Assembly: GCF_009914755.1 (NCBI RefSeq)
Contig: NC_060939.1
Source: the human T2T-CHM13v2.0 reference genome, Homo sapiens
Direction: 5' to 3' (one strand)
DNA length: 64,000 nucleotides
The notes beneath the pieces are model-generated. The model did no database searches. It saw only the letters and a program-made list of their open reading frames with translations, and was not told the origin of the DNA. Of the stretch, positions 27,585-40,425 are shown piece after piece (the first letter of the stretch is position 1; each line of letters begins with the position of its first letter). The position numbers and the translations under genes were made by a program.

Positions 27585-30240
27585 TAAGTATACCTCAAAA
27601 TAACAAGAGCCACTTATGAAAAACCCACAGCCAACATCATACTGAATGGGCAAAAACTGAAACCATTCCCCTTCAGAACTGGAACAAGACAAAGATGTTC
27701 ACTCTTACCACTCTTATTCAACATAGTACTGGAAGTCCTAGCCAGGGCAATCAGGCAAGAGAAATAAATAAAAGACATCCAAATAGGGAAAGAAGAAATC
27801 AAACTATTCCTCTTTGCTGACGATACGATTCTATAACTAGAAAACCCTAAAGACTCTGTGAAAAGTCTTCTGGAACTGAGAAATTAATTCAGTCAACTTT
27901 AGGGTACAGAATCAATGTGCAAAAACCACTAGCATTTTATACACCAATAACATTCTGAGAACCAAATCAAGAACACAATGTTATTTACAGTAGCCACAAA
28001 GAAAATAAAGTACCTAGGAATTCATCTAAACAAGGAAGTGAAAGGTCTCTACAAGAAGACTGTAAAACACTGTTGAAAGAAATGAGAGACAACACAAATA
28101 GAGAAATATTTCATGCTCATGAATCAGAAGAATCAATATAGTTAAAATGGCTATATTTCCCAAAGCAATTTATAGATTCAATGCTATTTCTATCAAAATA
28201 CCAACATTATTTTTCACAAAATTAGAAAAATCTATTATAAAATTCATTTGGAACCAAGAAAGAGCCCAAATAGCCAAAAGCAATCCTAGCATCGCAATGT
28301 CTGACTTTATACTATAAGGTTGTAATTATCAGAACAGTATGGTACTGATAAAAAACAACAGGCACATAGACCAGTGGAAATGACTAAAGAACCCAGAAAT
28401 AAACCCACACACCTACAACTATCTGATCTTCAATAAAATCAACAAAAATAAGCAATGGCAAAAGGCTTCCCTATTCAATAAATGGTGCTGTGATAACTGG
28501 CTAGCCACATGCAGAAGAATGAAACTGGACCCTATCTCTCACCATACACAAAAATTAACTCCAGATGGATTAAAGACTTAAATGTAAGACCTCAAAAAAT
28601 CCTAGAAGATGATCTAGGCAATATGTCTCTCAACATAGGCTTTGGCAAATAACTTATGGGTAGATCCCCAAAGGCAATTGCAACAAAAACAAAAATTTAC
28701 AAGTGGAATCTAATTAAAGAGCTTCTGCACAGCAAAATAAATTACCAACAGTGTAAACAGACAGCCTACAGAATTAGAGAAAATATTTGCAAATTATGTG
28801 TCCAGCAAAGGTCTAATATCCAACTCTACAAGGAACTTAAGCAAAAACTAATTTAAAAATGGGCAAAGGACATGAACAGACACTACTCAAAAGAAGACCT
28901 ACAAGCAGCCAATAACATGAAAAAATGCTTAACATCACTAATCATCAGATAAATGTAAGTTAAAATCACAATGAGATACCATTTCACACCAGTCAGAATG
29001 GTGATTATTAAAGCATTAAACAGCAACAGATGTTGGCAAGGCTGCAGAGAAAAGGGAATGCTTATAGACTGTTGGTAGGAATGTAATATAGTTAAGCAAC
29101 TGTGGAAAGCAGTTTAGAGATTTCTCAAGGAACTTAAAATAGAATTACCATTTGACCCAGAAATCCCACTACTGAATATTTATCCAAAGAAAAATAGGTC
29201 ATTATGTCAGAAAGACACATGCACTGATATGTTATCACCACACTATTCACAATAGCAAGGCCATGGAATCAACCTAAGTACTCATCAATGTGGACTGGAT
29301 AAAGAAAATGTGATGCATATACACTATGGTTGTATTAGAGTTCTCTAGAGCAACAGAACTAACAGGATAGATATATGCATGAAGGGGAGTTTTTTAAGGT
29401 GTATTGACTCACACAATCACAAGATGAAGTCCCACAATAGGCTGTCTGCAAGCTGAGGAGGAAGGAAGCCAGTCCAAGTCCCAAAACCTCAAAAGTAGGG
29501 AAGCTGACACTGCAGCCTTTAGTCTGTGGCCAAAGGCCCAAGAGCCCCTGGCAAACCACTGGTGTAAGTCCAAGAGTCCAAAAGCTGAAAAACTTCCAGT
29601 CCGATGTTCGAGGGTAGGAAGCATCCAGCATGGGTGAAAGATGAAGGCCGGAAGACTCGGCAAGTCCACTCTTTCCACTTTCTTCTGCCTGCTTTATACT
29701 AGCCACACTAGCAGCTGATTAGATGGTGTCCACCCATATAGAGGATGGGTCTTGCTTCTCTGTGGTCCACTGACTCAAATGTTAATCTCCTTTGGCAACA
29801 CCCTCACAGACATACCCAGGAACAATACTTTGCATCCTTCAATCAAGTTGACACTCAATATTAGCCATCAGAATGGTACATATATGCTATGCACCCATAA
29901 GAGAGAACAAAATCATGCCCTTTGCATGGATGGAGCTGGAGGCCATTATCCTATACAAACTAACGCAAGAAGAAAAAACCAAATGCCACAACTTCTCACT
30001 TACAAGTGGGAGCTAAATATTAAATACACATGATCATAAAGAGGAGAACAATAGACCCTGGGGATCACTATACAGGGGAGGTGGGGGGAGGCCATGAGCT
30101 GAAGAACCACCTATGGAGTATTATGCTTATGGCCTGAGTGACAGAATTGTTGCGACCCCAAGCTTCAACGTCATGCAATTTAGCCATGTAACAAGCCTGC
30201 ACATGTACTCCTTAATGTATAATAATTTAAATTAAAAAAA
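27585..30240 (+). mobile_element. 5'-truncated LINE-1, L1PA16/17-like
   Basis: ORF2 from AAACCCACAGCCAACATCATACTGAATGGG through a 3'UTR with ACCCCAAGCTTCAACGTCATGCAATT to the A-tail; interrupted by MLT2A. Confidence 0.85.
29331..29872 (-). mobile_element. MLT2A (MLT2A2-like, HERVL) solo LTR
   Basis: TGTATTAG..GTTCTCTAGAG..ACAGAACTAA to CAATCAAGTTGACACTCAATATTAGCCATCA; 5-bp TSD ATGGT at 29326-29330 and 29873-29877. Confidence 0.92.
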
Positions 30241-30799
30241 TAGCAATGGCTACTTAGGGAAAGGGGAGCTCAGTCTTTTAAGTTCAAACCAGTGATGGCT
30301 TTTCCTGATATGGATGGGCACTTGGAAGGAGGAAAACTATGGATGTCATTTGAGGGTTTAACAAATTGGATTAGGAAAACCAGTCACCCTTGACATGGAA
30401 TCTTCAAATAGTGAAAGCCATGTAGTCAAAGGCAGTTTGTACACTTGCTTCCCTCAGGCTGGAGCGCTAATAGAAATGTCAACTAGTTTAATAGCACAGA
30501 AGAATGTGGGAAAGATTTAAAATGCTGGAACATGTCAGGACTTAGTCTTATTTCATCCAGGAAGATTCAGGTCACCTATTTATTATACAAAATTAGACTT
30601 TTTTCAGGGTTCTTTTCTTATGCCTCCCTTAACCCTTAAATTAAAAATTTTTTAAAAAAATAACAGCTGTAGTTAACAAATGGTTTTATCTTTTTTCTTT
30701 GATTTAGGCTTTAGCAGGCAAAAGTTAGATTCAGCGAAGATAAGGAGATGTGAAAAGAGACATTCTCCTGAAAGTACTAGTTTGAGAATAAAGCACTCT

Positions 30800-31035
30800 A
30801 ACTCATTTACTCACTCAACTTATTGAAGGCCTTCCCAGGGAGATGAGGAGTGTCTCCCTAAGCTAGATTAAATCCCCTCTGTGTCTTCCCATAGTGTTCC
30901 GTGCGTCCTTTAATATCACTCATATCTCTCATTTCTGTAGTTAGTAATTGCTCCTCATTTTACTTAATAGACAGTAAAAACCATTAAGTCAGGGACTATA
31001 TAATGTCTCTCTAGTCTGGAACATAGATGGCATAT
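30800..31035. mobile_element. L2 3'-end fragments
   Basis: TCATTTACTCACTCAACTTATTGA and TAGACAGTAA..CAGGGACTAT..CTGGAACATAG resemble L2 3' ends. Confidence 0.4.
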
Positions 31036-33464
31036 ACCACGTGCCACTTTAAACATTTGAAACATCTATTTTCTATGATTCTTATTCAATATTACACTTT
31101 TGAGAAAACATGAACTTTATGCCACAGTAAGAGAAGAAATATGGTTTATAAAATGGCTAAATTTAGGGGACAAGAAAATAAACCTGTACATTTGAAAAAT
31201 TGTCAGAAATAATAAAGTAGAATGAACATGAAGGCCATTCTCAGAAATCTCTTTCAGATTAAAGAGACTGATGAAGGGACAGATGATAGGAAACCTGAAT
31301 TAAGTTGGAGACTAACATGGCTCAAATCTTAAGATAGTTACATATTAAGGAGGCACAATTCTAGAAGCAAAAGCAATGAATTTTATTCTTTGTAATTACT
31401 CTTCTCTTGAAATACCTTAAGTGGAAAGCCATGGTCCATAATGAAATCTGCTTCCTCCAGCTGTCCATCTCTCTGGCTCCTTTCTCTATTTCCTTCTGTT
31501 CACTACCAGGGCTTTTATTCCCCTCCCCTCTGTCTTTGGTCTGCAAATTTTTTTTTGGCGGGGCGGGAAAGGCCTAGTTAATCTCTACAAATAAATAATA
31601 AACATCTCTCTAAAATTCCTCCCCCCACTCCCCTCTTTAGGGAAACATGTACAGGATTCTTCTTGGTGGCTTGGGGAAAGAGGAAAAAAGGGAGTCTTAC
31701 TCCCAGGCTCTTAATTTTTATGCTGTCATAGAGTAGGGTATGTCTGTTTGCTTATTACTTCTATTCCCTTATGATATCTTCTGGAACATTTGTTGTGTCC
31801 CTCATGTCTATATTTCATCCAGATTTCTCTCCTTTATTATCATTTATTTGCCATGTATGTAAGAAGTGAGTAGTTAAGAACCAGGTAAAGCTCTTCTGTC
31901 AGTCTACAAATCCTTTCAATATTCTTGTCTCCATGATGCTGTCTCATGGGTTTCTGCAGCTGTGGCACATGGCTTGCAGCTAGGCATAGAAAGCAGCAGC
32001 TTTTCTGTCTAGTTCCAGCAGGGATTGATCAGGCTCCTGAGATGAGCTTATGGATACCCAAGCAGGCGATGTGTCTAACTGATGTGTCTACCTGTTTACA
32101 TTTAAAACCCCAATGAGGAACCAGTGTATCTGAGGTGAGGCTTAGTCCCATTGTCCTATAGCATTGGGAAAGGGGTATATCATAGGATGAATTGATCTCA
32201 CTTCAGAACCTGTCACCAAAACACCTCTAGACTCCTGCAAAATTATACCACAGAATACTCTAGAAATCTAAATTCCTAGGTCTTGTAGTTTCCAAACACC
32301 CTTGTGGGCAGCACTGATGGAGTCTGTTGTATATGGGTGGTGGGTCTCTCCAGGTGGCCACAGGGCTTATGGCTTTACATGTGGGTTGTTCATGTATGTA
32401 TCCTTTGAAATAGTGGATGGAAAGGGCCAAACTGGACTGTTGGTCTTATTCCAGTAGTCTTAGATAAACAACTTTTCCTCCTTCTGGGCTGGCATTGAAA
32501 TTAAAACATGTTTCATCTGTCTTATGACATCCTCTTCTATTCAACTGGGTTAGAAAAATCTGAAACTAATTAGTTTACTGTTGCTATTTTCATAAAGCAG
32601 AAACCAGTCTGAGTTTCATTTCCTCTCCTTCTCATCTGGCCTTCAGGGTCAATTTCGAGGGGGTCCGTATTTTTAAGAAGTTGAATTTTCAGTGAACTCA
32701 CTACCTTATTTGGACCTCGGAATATTAAGTCATACTCTTTGTGTATATAGATGTCATATTGGAGACTGACTTCTAGAGTGCTGCCACAATGTTACAACAC
32801 TTAAGGAATTGACTTCTCAAACATGGCTTGGAAGGCAATATTCTTTTAAAGACTGGACAGCCTGGCATAGCAAAAGTTCATAGACCTCGAAGTCATGCCA
32901 GGCCCAATTTTTTTAACCACTGTACTGAAGTATGATTGACATGCAAAAAATTTACTTATTTAATATATACAAATGCTTATTTAATGATGGATTTTGGAAT
33001 AAATTTTAATGATGTTGTAACTGTCACTATCATCAAGGCCATAGATCTGTTACCCCAAAGTTTCCTCCTGACCCCATTGTTATTATTTTGAGAGTTAAGT
33101 GTGTGTGTTTGGTATGAACATTTAACCTGAAAGCTACCTTTTTAGAAAGTTTTAAGTATGTGATACAGTATTGTTAGCTATAGACACCATGCTGTATAGT
33201 AGGTCTCCAGAATGTATTTATCTTGTATAATTAAAACTTTGTATTCTTTGACAATCACCTCCATATCTTTTTCTCCCCCAGTCATTGGCAATCACCATTC
33301 ATTCTGTGCCTCTATGAGTTTAGCTATTTTAGATTTCACATATGGTGTTTGTCTTTCTGTATCAGGCTTATTTCACTGAGCATAATGTGTTCCAGATCCA
33401 TCCATATTGAGGCAAATGGCAAGATTTCTTTCTTTTTAAAGTCTGGGTAACATTACATTATATA

Positions 33465-33971
33465 TGTGTTTACTTTTATATATTAACCTGACTGGGTGGT
33501 TAAGGAATACCCAGAGAGCTGGTAAAATACTATTTCTGGGTGTGTCTTTGAGGATGTTTTTCTGTGTCTGTGATTAGCATTTGAATCAGTAGACTGAGTT
33601 AAAAGGGTCTGCCCTTACCAATGGAGGCAGGCATCATCCAACAAGTAAAGGCAGATTTTCTCTCTTTTCTGGAGCTGAGACATTCATTTTCTCTTAAAGC
33701 TCCCATGGTTCTCAGGCCTTCAGACTCCATGAGTTACACCAATGCTTCCTTTTGGCTTTGAACTGAGAGTTACACCACTGGCTTCCCTGGCTCTCAGCCC
33801 TTCAAACATGGACGGATCTATACCACTGGCTTTCCTGGTTCTGCTCCTTACAGATGACATAGCAAGGGATTTCTTGACTTCTAAAACTGTGTGTGCCAAT
33901 TCCCATAATAAATTCTCTCTTATATCTGTATATAGTCTATTCTGTTTCTTGAGAGAACCCTGACTAATATG
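33465..33971 (+). mobile_element. MLT2B/C-like LTR
   Basis: AACCTGACTGG..TAAGGAATACCCAGAGAGCTGGTAAAA..ATTTCTGGGTGTGTCT to GAGAACCCTGACTAATAT; the host L1 resumes on both sides. Confidence 0.85.
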
Positions 33972-36499
33972 CACATTTTCTTTATCCATTCATCTGCAGA
34001 TTACAGATGAATATTTAGATTGTTTCCATATCTTGGCTATTGTGAATAGTGCTGCAATCAACAAGGGACTGCAGGTATCACTTTGCCTCTTTGAGATACT
34101 GATCTTACTTCATTTGGATAAATACACAGAAGTGGAACTGATGGATCATAGGGTTGTTCTGTTTTTAGTTTTTTGAGGAACCTCCATACTGTTTTCATAG
34201 TGGCTATACTAATTTACATTCCCACCAACAGTGTACAAAGATTCCTTTTTCTCCACATCCTTGCCAACATTTGTCTTTTGTTTTTTGATAATAGCCATCT
34301 GAACAGGTATGAGCTGATACCTCATTGTGGTTTCAATTTGCAATTCTCTGATGGTTAGAGATGTTGAACTTTTTTTTTTCTCATAAATCTGTTGGCCATT
34401 TGTATGTCTCCTTAGAAATAATGTCTATTCAGGTTTTTTTGTCTTTATTTAAAATTGGGTTATTTTATTTTGTTTTTTGCCATTGAGTTACAGAATTTCC
34501 ATATTTTTTGGATATTAACCCCTTATGAAATGTATGGTTTGTCAATATTTTCTTCCACTCTGTCGATATTCTCTTTATTAATTGTTTCCTTTGTTGTGAA
34601 GAAGCTTCTGGTTGGATGCAATTCATTTCTCTTTTTTTTTACTTTTGTTGCCCGTGCTTTTGGAGTCATATGAAGAAAGCTGTTGCCCAGATCAATGTCA
34701 AGAAACTTTCCTTCTGTGTTTTTTTTTTATTAGTTTCACAGTTTTAGATCTTACTTTAAAGTTTTTAACCTATCTTGAGTTGATTTTTGTATAAAGTATA
34801 AGATAAATGTCCAACTTTATTCATCTGGGTGCAGATATCCAGCTTTCCTAACATCATTTATTGAAGAAACTATAAATTTCCCATTGTGTGTTCTTGGCAC
34901 TTTTGTTGAAGATCAATTGACTGTAAATGTGTGAATTGATTTCTGTGCTGTCTATTCTGTTCCGTTGGTTCATGTGTCTGTTTCTACGCAAATACCATAC
35001 AGTTTTGATTACTAGAGCTTTGTAGTATATTTTGAAATTAGGTAGTATAATGTTTCCAGCTTTCTTTTCTTGCTCAAAATGACCTTAGCTATTCTGGGAT
35101 CTTTTGAGGTTCCCCATGAATTTTAGGATTCTTTTTTTCTATCCTTTTTCTAAGGGTTGCGTTCAATCTGTAGATCACTTTGGATTGTATGAACACTTTA
35201 ACAATAATAATCCTTAAAATCAATGAACACTGGCTAGCTTTCTATTTATCTGTCTCTCCTTTAATTAAAAAAAAAGTCAAAACTTTTCAGTACACAGATC
35301 TTTCACTTCCTTGGCTAAATTTGTTCCTATATATTTTTTATGATATTGGAAATGAGGTTGTTTTCTTAATTTATTTTTTGAATAGTTTGTGGTTATTATA
35401 TACAAATGCTACTAATATTTTATGTTGATTTTTATCTTGTATCTTTATTTGGTTTTGTTATTGCTCTAACAGTTTTTGATGAAGTCTTTAAAGTTTTCTA
35501 TATGTAGGATCATGTCATCTGCAAACAGAGATTATTGAATTCTTTCTTTCTAATTTGGATGACTTTTATTTTTCTTGCCTAACTGCTCTGGCTAGTACTT
35601 TTAGTACTATGTTGAACATAAGTGGTGAGTAGACATATTTGTCTTATTTTTGATCTTAGGGAGAAAGCTTTTAGCATTTCACTGTTGAATATGATGTAAG
35701 TTGTAGGCTTGTCATATATGGCCTTTATTATGTTGAGGTATATTCCATCCATACTGGATTTATTGAGCATTTACCACGAGAGGATATTGGATTTTGTCAA
35801 ATACTTTTCCTGCATCTATTGAGATGATCATATAATTTTTATCCTTCCTTCTCTTAATGTATTACATTTTTCGATTTATGTAGAGTCATACCTTGTTTTA
35901 TTATGCTTTGTTTTATTGTAGTTTGCTGATTTTTTTCCTTTTCCTTTCTTTCTTTTTTTTTTTTTTTTGCATATTGAAGGTTTGTGGAAATCTTGCATCA
36001 AGTAAGTCTATTAGCACCGTTTTTTCTAATAGTATGTGCTTACTTTGTGTCTCTCAGTCATATTTTGGGAATTTTCATAATATTTCAAACTTTTTCATTA
36101 TTATTACATCTGTTATCAGTGATCAGTGATCTTGATATTACTATTATAATAGTTTTGATGTGGCATGAATCGCACCCATAATGCCCGTATAAGACAGCAA
36201 ACTTAATTGGTAAGTGTTGTATGTGTTCTAAATGTTACACTGACCAGATGTTCCCCTGTCTCTCCTCTCTTTATTCCCTGAGACACAAAAATATTGAAAT
36301 TGGTCTAATTAAAAACCTTACAATGGCCTCTAAGTGTTCAAGTGAAAGGAAGAGTTGTACATCTTTCACTTTAAAAGCTAGAAATGATTAAGTTTAGTGA
36401 AGAAGGCATGTTGAAAGCCAAGACAGGCCAAAAGCAGGCCTCTTGTTTCAAACAGCTAAGTTGTGAAAGCAAAGGAAAATTTCTTGAAAGAAATTAAAA

Positions 36500-36620
36500 T
36501 TTTCTTTTAATTTTAATTTAAATTAAAAATGTTTAATTTTTAAAAAATTTTTTAAATTTAAATTTAAAATTTTTAAATTTAATTAATTTAATTTAAAAAA
36601 GTAAATTTCAATTTCTTTCA
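36500..36620. repeat. Almost pure A/T quasi-palindromic filler
   Basis: TTTAAA/AATT units bracketed by the inverted repeat TGAAAGAAATT (36485) / AATTTCTTTCA (36610). Confidence 0.8.
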
Positions 36621-37203
36621 TGTGAAAAGCAGTGTGGTGATTCCTCAAATAAGTTAAAACATAATTCCTATTCAACCCAGCAATCCTATTATTGGGTATA
36701 TACTCAAAAGAATATAAATCACTCTATCATAAAGACACACGCACATGTGTGTTTATTACAGCATGGTTCACACTAGCAAAGACAGGGAATCAACTTAAAT
36801 TCTTATCCATGGTAGACTAGATAAAGAAAATGTGCATATACATCACAAAATACTATGCAGCCATAAAAAAGAATGAGATAATGTCCTTTGCAGCAACATG
36901 GATGGAGCCAGAGGCCATTATCCTAAGCAAGCTAATGCAGGAACAGAAAACCAAATACTGCATATTCTCACTTATCAGTGGGAGCTAACCAATGAGAACA
37001 CATGGACACAAAGAGAGAAGCAATAGACACTGGGACCTACCTCAGGATGGAGGGTGGGAGGAGGGATGGGATCAGAAAAAATACCTGTTGGGTACTATGC
37101 TTATTACCAGGGTGATGAAATAATCTATATACCAAACACTAATGATACAAGTTGATTTATATAACAAAAGTGCACATGTCCCCCTGAACCTAAAAGTTAT
37201 AAT
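36621..37203 (+). mobile_element. 5'-truncated L1PA13-15-like 3' end inside Tigger1
   Basis: ORF2 C-terminus plus 3'UTR (GGGTACTATGCTTATTACC..CCCCTGAACCTAAAA); TSD-like AAAGAAATTAAAA / AAAGAAACTGAAA. Confidence 0.85.
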
Positions 37204-37351
37204 AAAGAAACTGAAAGTGCTCCTCCAGTGAATACATGAATAATAAGAAAGTAAAACAGCATTATTGCTGATATGAAAAAAGTTTTAATGGTTTGGATAG
37301 AACAAACCATTAAGAAAAAACCTAATCCAGAGCAAAGCTGTAACTGTCTTT

Positions 37352-37484
37352 CTTTTTTTAATTAAAAAAAAATTTTAGTTTCAGGGAGCACATGTGCAGG
37401 GTTTTTTAATGGATATATTGCATAATGGTGAGGTTTGCAATTCTAGATACCCATCACCTAAATAGTGAACATAGTACCCAATAG
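37352..37484 (-). mobile_element. Short L1PA16/17-like 3' end inside Tigger1
   Basis: T-tail, then CACATGTGCAGG..ATATATTGCATAATGGTGAGG..CCCATCACC..AGTACCCAATAG. Confidence 0.8.
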
Positions 37485-37857
37485 AACAACAAAGCCTAGA
37501 TGTCGGCTCATCTGTTTACAGCATGGTATACTGAGTATTTTAAGCCCAATGTTGAGATTTACTGTTCAGAAAAAAGATACCTTTCAAAATATTACTACTC
37601 ATTGGTAATGTAACTGGTCAGCCAAGAACTCTGCTTGAGATGTACAAAAAGATTAATGTTTTCATACTTGCTAACACAACATCCATTCTTCATTCCATGG
37701 ATCAAGGATTTTGACATTCAAGTCTTGTTATTTAAGAGATACATTCCTTAAGTCTATAACTGGCTTAGACAGTGATATTTCTGATCAATCTGGGCAAAGT
37801 AAATTAAAAACCTTTTGGAAAGGATTCACTATTCTAGGTGCTATTAAGAATGTTTAT

Positions 37858-38469
<612 letters not shown>

Positions 38470-38961
38470 GACATTCATGATTCATGGAAGGAGGTTAAAA
38501 TATCAACATGAACAAGAAGTTGACTCCAACTCTCATGGAAGACTTTGAAGGGTTTAAGTCTTCAGTGGAGGAAGTGACTAATGATGTGGTGGAAATAGCA
38601 AGAAAACTCAAATTAGAAGCGGAGCCTGAAGCTATTACTGGGTTGTTGTAATCACATGATAAAACTTGAAAAGATGAGGAGTTGAATGAACAAAGTGGTT
38701 TTTTGAAATGGAATTTACTCTCGGTGAAGATGATGTGTACAGTCTTTAAATGACAACAAAGAATTTAGGATATTACCTAAACTTAGTTGATAAAGCAGTA
38801 GTGGTGTTTGAGAGGACCGACCCCAATTTTGAAAGAAATTCTTCTATGGGTAAAATATTAATATTATCAAATAGCACTGCAAGCCACAGAGAAATCTCAG
38901 ATGAAAGAGTCAATCACCGTGGCAAGCTTTATTGTTGTTCTATTTTAAGAAGTTGCTACAG

Positions 38962-39258
38962 GGCTGGGCATGGTGGCTCAGGCTTGTAATCTCAACATTT
39001 TGAGAAACTGAGGAAGGAAGATCACTTGAAGCCTGGAGTTTTAGACCATCCTGGTCATTGTAGGGAGCCCCATCTCTATGAAAATAATTTTAAAAAAATC
39101 AGGGCATGGTGGCACGCTCCTGCAGTTCCAGCTACTTGGCAGGCTGAGGTGGGAGGATTACTTGAGCCCAGGAGTTTGAGGTTATAGTGAGCTATGATCA
39201 CGCCACTATACTCCAGCCTGAGTAACACAGGAAGACCCTATCTCCAAAGAATTAAAAC
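38962..39258 (+). mobile_element. AluJ-like
   Basis: GAGCCCAGGAGTTTGAGGTTATAGTGAGCTATGATC; TSD AAGAA(G/TA)TTGCTACAG on both sides. Confidence 0.9.
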
Positions 39259-40425
39259 AAGAATATTGCTACAGTCACCCCATTTTTCAGCAACCGTTGT
39301 TCTGATTAGTCAGCAGCCATTAACATTGAGGCAAGACCCTCCACCAGCAAAAGATTGTGACTCACTGAAGGCTCAGATGGTTGTTAGCATTTTTTAGCAA
39401 TAAAGCATTTTTTAAAAGGTATGCACATTTTAAAATATGTTGCTATTGTACACTTAATAGACCACAGTATAGTGTAAATATAACTTTTATATGCACTGGA
39501 AAACCAAAAAATTTGTGTGACTCACTTTATGGTGATATTTGCTTTATCATTATGGTCTGAACCTGCAATATCTCTGAGGTATGCCTGTACATTGAATCAT
39601 GCTTATGTTGCAAGGACAAGTCCCACTTGATCATGGTGTATGCCCCCTTTAATGTACTGTTGAATTTGATTTCTAGTATCTTGTTGAGAACTTTTTCATC
39701 TGTATTCATCAGCGTTAATTTTTTTTTGTGTTGTCCTTGTCTGGGTTTTGTATCAGAGTCATGCTGGCCTTATAAAATGAATTTGAATTTTTTTACCTCC
39801 TCTTAATTTTTTTTTTGTATGAGTTTGAGAAGGATTGGCATTACATCTTTCTTTAATATTTGGTATAATTTACCTGTGAAGCCCTCAGGCCCTGGAATTT
39901 TATTTATTGAGAGGCTTTTGATTGCTGATTGAATTTTCTTATTAGTTATTGGTCTGTTCAGATTTTCTATTTCTTTATGAGATCTTGATAGGTTGTATGT
40001 TCCTAGGAAGTTATCCATTTCCTCTAGGTTATCCAATTTGTTGACATACAACTGTTCATAGTAGTCTCTTTGATCCTTTGTATTTCTGTGATGTCAATCG
40101 TAATGTCCCCTCTTTTATTTACAATTTCACTTATTTGAATATTTTCTCCTTTTTCTTAGTCTTGCTAAAAATTGTCAACTTTATCTTTTTTAAAAATCCC
40201 AGTCTTAATTTTCATTTATTATTTCTATTGTTTTTTCTAGTCTCTTTATTTCATTTATTTCTCCCATTTTCTTTTTTACATTTTAGAATTTTATTTTAAT
40301 GTCATGAAATGCTAGTATTAATAAGATATAGCGTAAGAATGTTCACACAATTTTAAAACAAGTGAGGCAGAATATTTAATACTTTTTTCCATAATGTGAA
40401 AAGTATTTGCTGGAAATGCATCTTA

